Positions 59,847 to 64,000 of a DNA stretch of 64,000 nt are shown here, piece by piece. The translations under genes were made by a program, and so were the position numbers. This DNA is from Gracilinanus agilis. Taxonomy: Eukaryota. Below the pieces are notes generated by a model. The model was not told the origin of the DNA and made no database searches. It was given only the letters and a program-made list of their open reading frames with translations. The stretch lies in contig NC_058130.1 in the NCBI RefSeq assembly GCF_016433145.1, positions 720,750,944-720,814,943 of the forward strand, in the 5' to 3' direction. Every line of letters starts with the position of its first letter. Position 1 is the stretch's first letter.

Positions 59847-62800
59847 AATGATCTTTTAAATAAAACATCTGATATTTATATATTTTAAAAGAAGATGTGT
59901 AGGTAGAATAAATTCTGCTCAGCTAGAAAGGGATCCCAGGTATGGGAAGGGCAACAATAATATGGAAGGAAGAGTGAGGGATGGGAAGTTTGCTCCACAG
60001 AAAGAACAGTTCAGAACTGAGGTATAACAAGAGAGCAAAAAGAGTCATCATGGTTCATTGTTTCCCCACTCCATACCCCGCAAAAACAAAGGCAGGGGCT
60101 AGAGAGAGTTGTTGCATCTTGAGATCCTGAAGTCATCAATAGCATTATTCCACTTTAATATCAAGGGAGAATAGCTAAAGTTAACATGAGCTAAAATGAT
60201 GCCTGCACCTAGGAAACCAGGCATACAAAAGCTTGAGCTTATACAAGAAAGATTCTTTCAAATACAACATTCAATATATGCACTACACTGGTACTTTCTT
60301 TTTTCCTATTTAAAAAATGATCACTGGCATTTTCAAAAGGGAGAAATTTGCAGAATTACAAGAATGTAGATTTAAACTCAATATAAAGATGAATCTTCTA
60401 AAAACCAAATTCATACAAAAATGAAATCGGATGCTTCAGGAGTCAGTGAGTTTCCCAACACTAAAGTTCTTCCAGCAAAGACAAAATGATCACTTGTCCA
60501 TGGTACCATCATTAATTTAATCATTATATTTTTGAAACTGTTATTATTCAGTATTTTTCTCCGTTATTTCCCATTTCCAATCAAGTGCCAAGTCCTGTCG
60601 AATTCACATCCAATATATATCTGGCATCTACTTCACCCTTCTTCCCCTTGTCATGGTATAAGAAATGAGAAACTCTCACTATTGCCAAAGTTTACATGGC
60701 AGTCTTCTCTTAACAGGCCTCCATATATCAATAGAAATCCATACTCAACCCCAATATAGCCTTAATTTAACTCCTTAATATAATATTTTTTCTTCTACTC
60801 AAAAACCTTTGATGCTGTCTACTATTTCCTACCAAATTGAAGATATATTCCTTTGAATGACATTGAAGGCTTTCCATAATCTTTAACATTAACTTTTCCC
60901 TTTCAACACATGTAGGGAATTGAGGTAGGAAATCATAAAGATATTGCTAGAAGATAAAAAAGATAGCAATTATCTGAACTGGGAAGGTTTCCATCAACTG
61001 ATCTTTTCTGGACATATAAAAAACAGGACACATCTACCTTTCATTAGTGAACATAGCATTGGACACACCCCTGGAAATTAAAGTGTTATGTTACAGCTAC
61101 ACTGAATGAGTGGAGATCCTCAACAGTTCAGGTACCATAAAAGAATATGTTCTCTCGGCTTTCGTAGAGTTACCACTCTAGAGAAAACCCTCAACACACT
61201 GAGGACCAGCTACATACTTGACAATCAGAAAAAAGAAAAGTTTCTTTTCAGAATTCTAGACATAATGTTGATCTTCAAAGCTGTCCTAATAGGATTTTCT
61301 GCCATTTCAATGAAATAACACCAATTGTAATGAAAGAACAGCTTGTTAATGTGGAATTTATCATATATCATATCCCTGATGTAATTTTAGTATCATGGTC
61401 AGTGAACTGACTGCTCCCATACATAAACTCTTAGTATCTGAAAAATAGAAAAGCCTTCAGAAGCCATCTAATTCAATCTCTAGTCACATTGGTAGAGATG
61501 GGAAATGGGTAGTGATAGAAGCAAGACTTTCATGTTCTGAAATCTTGTATTTCTCACTAGTTAAGCATAAATGGCAGTATCTATAGTTTCAACACTAGAC
61601 AAGCATAAATTATAAAATATATATTATTAATCAGTTAACCATTCTGTATTATTAATGACCTGTACTGAGACTGTACTGTTCTGCTCTGTACACCAGCTTT
61701 GTGATATTTTTTATTTTTAATTGCTTATATTGTTCTGCTTTTACCTTAGTTCTGAACTCTTAGGCATTATTAATTACTTATAGTGGTTGTTTTACTATAT
61801 TATATCCTCTCTATGTTCCCATCTTTGATGAAGTTATTCCAGAAGGTTAGCAAGATATCTTCTATATTATCAAATGATAGTAGGTGGAAAAATGGGGGGA
61901 ACATAGGACATGTACACTAAAAGCTCTGGCAGTCCAGGGGAATCCTCCAAACCTTCACATGCTCCTTATTCCCTTTCTAGATTCCTCAAGATTACCTATC
62001 ATGTGTCAGATCTGAAACCATACCTCCAACTGGATTTGGACCCTCCTTCTCTATGCTCATTTTCTGTTTTCTGCCTCTAAGTCCCTTTAGCTCCCAGGGT
62101 GGACTATTCTGAAAAAAAGGTAGAGACATTCCTATAATAGGAGGAGACAAGCCCTCAGGCCCTCAATAAATATGCACAGCCAGATACACACCTTGGGCTG
62201 CTTCATCAGTCCTAGAGCTACTCGATCAGCCCTGGGGGCCATTCCATCAGTCCCAATGGTATTCCATCAGCTATTAGGCTATTTCATGACCATAAACCTC
62301 TTCTTCTTTAAATAAAATTCTTTTGCTCTTCTAGATTGAATGGGGCTTTGAGTCTTCTATTCTTGGGGCAAGACCCTGCTACAAATTTTGGTGTGTTTTC
62401 CCAGAAGACTAGAAATCCCTAACATTAAACCTGGCAAAAAATATTGATTAGTAAATCTCCAGGTGAAGATTCTCCACAATAAACAATGCATGATGTCACA
62501 AAGTAGACCATTGTAGGACAATTATAGGACATTTTTATTTATATTTAAGCAAATTCTGACATTTTGAATCTTCTTTCTCTTGTTTCTTCCTTATCCTTTG
62601 AAGTCAAACAGATAAGTCTAATTCTTCCTTTGAGTGATTCAGATATCAATATTTAAGCAATTTTGATAAGTTCTTCAAGGGCAAAGACTATGATTTAGGT
62701 TGCTACCTGGATTCTTTTTTTGGGCACATGGCTTCTCTATCCATATTTCAAGAGTCTTTTGAAATGAGTACTTTTGGGGCATGGTAAAAATATGCCATCT

Positions 62801-64000
62801 CTGATTGTAACCAATAGCTCACATATACATCTCTCCTTAAATACAGACACATATTTTTTATTAAAAGATGGAAATATTACTTTGTCCTGCTTATGTATGA
62901 GCAATGAGTAAGATATGTTGGTATTATGTTCTGTATATTTTAAATTTTATTATTCCTCCACTAATTAGTTAAATTTTGACCCACACAAGGCTTTATCATT
63001 GTAATCAAGTAATCTTAGATACTCAAAAGTCAGGAAAACAGAGTCTAATCTCTGTCACTTACCATCCAGCTTAAAAAGACTCCAGAGAAATTATTCATCA
63101 GATGCTGATCCTTGCTTAATGCATTTTTAGGAGTGAGGATCTAATGAAATTGCCTTCTAGAACATAGAGAGTTTAAGATCTGTATCACTAGGGGAAAGTA
63201 CTAATCATATTTTGGATCTGAACAATAACAATTCACATTTTTATGGTGACTTAACTTTAAGTATTTTGTCACAACATCTAAGTCAGAAGTATGAAGCACA
63301 AGTATTTTGACTCCAATTTTACGGATAAAGAAAATTAGACTGAGAATTTAAATGACTTGCTTAGAGCTGGACAAAGAGTATGTGTCAGAAAGCTTACTCA
63401 GACTCAGTTATTATAAAAATTTTCACCTTTATCAATGTCTTTTAAAATCATATTCATTTTGAAATATATTTTCCTTATCTTCTAATAATTGAAGCAAAAT
63501 TGTTAAAAGAAAGAAAAATGACAGTTCATCAAAACTGGCCAAATACATTTAAGACTTCTGACAAAGTATTTACTATTCCACATAGGCTCCTACTTCTGCA
63601 ATGAAATGAATTACATATATTTTCTCAATTTCTCTCTTGGGCCAATATTATTAAATAACAGTTTTATTAATTTTTTCAGATCCAGCTTGTAACTCAAATG
63701 CCAATGCAATTTTCACTCTTTCAAGCTGACATTTTGCAAATATTGTGATTCTGGGGAGAATGTGAAAAGTGAATAATGAACAGAGATGAGAAATTTTGAA
63801 GAAGAGAATCACTCCCCTTTGTGACACCAGTGAATTTTTCATGGAGAAAGTTTTCACCAAGCTAGTCTTTGAAGAAAAGCATTTGGTTTTGAGGAAGTAC
63901 CTTCAAGTAATAAATGATGACATTTGAAAGAAATAGAGATTGGTAAGTAGATGATGAGACCAGGGGACCAAAAGTAATTCAGCTTATCATAGGAAAGATG

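Larger units (their letters stand above)
54941..63460. repeat. Direct segmental duplication, copy 2
   Basis: Collinear with 37767..46130; lacks the EIF1 retrocopy; carries an extra LTR, an extra SINE and about 0.8 kb extra sequence. Confidence 0.95.

Noticed and set aside
1-64000. tRNA genes, rRNA, CRISPR arrays
   Set aside because: None seen. tRNA-like A/B boxes belong to SINE heads, and there is no regularly spaced repeat-spacer array.

Overview
AT-rich marsupial genomic DNA; young SINE1_Mdo-type SINEs point to a didelphid opossum. The window is part of a class II (OR7-like) olfactory receptor cluster. It holds three intact 311-codon OR genes (20678..21613 +, 39464..40399 -, 56647..57582 -) and the first 88 codons of a fourth at the left edge (1..265 -), among L1, L2, L3/CR1, MIR/Mar1, SINE1, RTE-type, ERV LTR and hAT repeats. 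Main structures: (1) bases 1 to about 20.9 kb form an old inverted duplication with head-to-head OR genes at its ends, whose visible coding parts are 262/265 identical while the arms are only about 70-85% identical; (2) a second OR pair lies in a direct duplication of about 8.4 kb with patchy identity; (3) a roughly 320-bp non-coding module (TAATGAG, O/E-like motifs, 5' splice donor) occurs three times, upstream of and co-oriented with three OR genes, and is probably their promoter and first non-coding exon; (4) an EIF1 processed pseudogene with a 14-bp TSD sits in one predicted intron, with the empty site visible in the paralog; (5) an ERV nest at 22-35 kb has PBS-like motifs inside LTR 3' ends, a gag region headed by a transmembrane plus coiled-coil ORF, a nested hAT MITE, and an LTR flanked by 96-bp direct repeats. 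All alignments, counts and repeat-family names are manual or from recall, without tools; repeat boundaries are approximate unless a TSD is cited.
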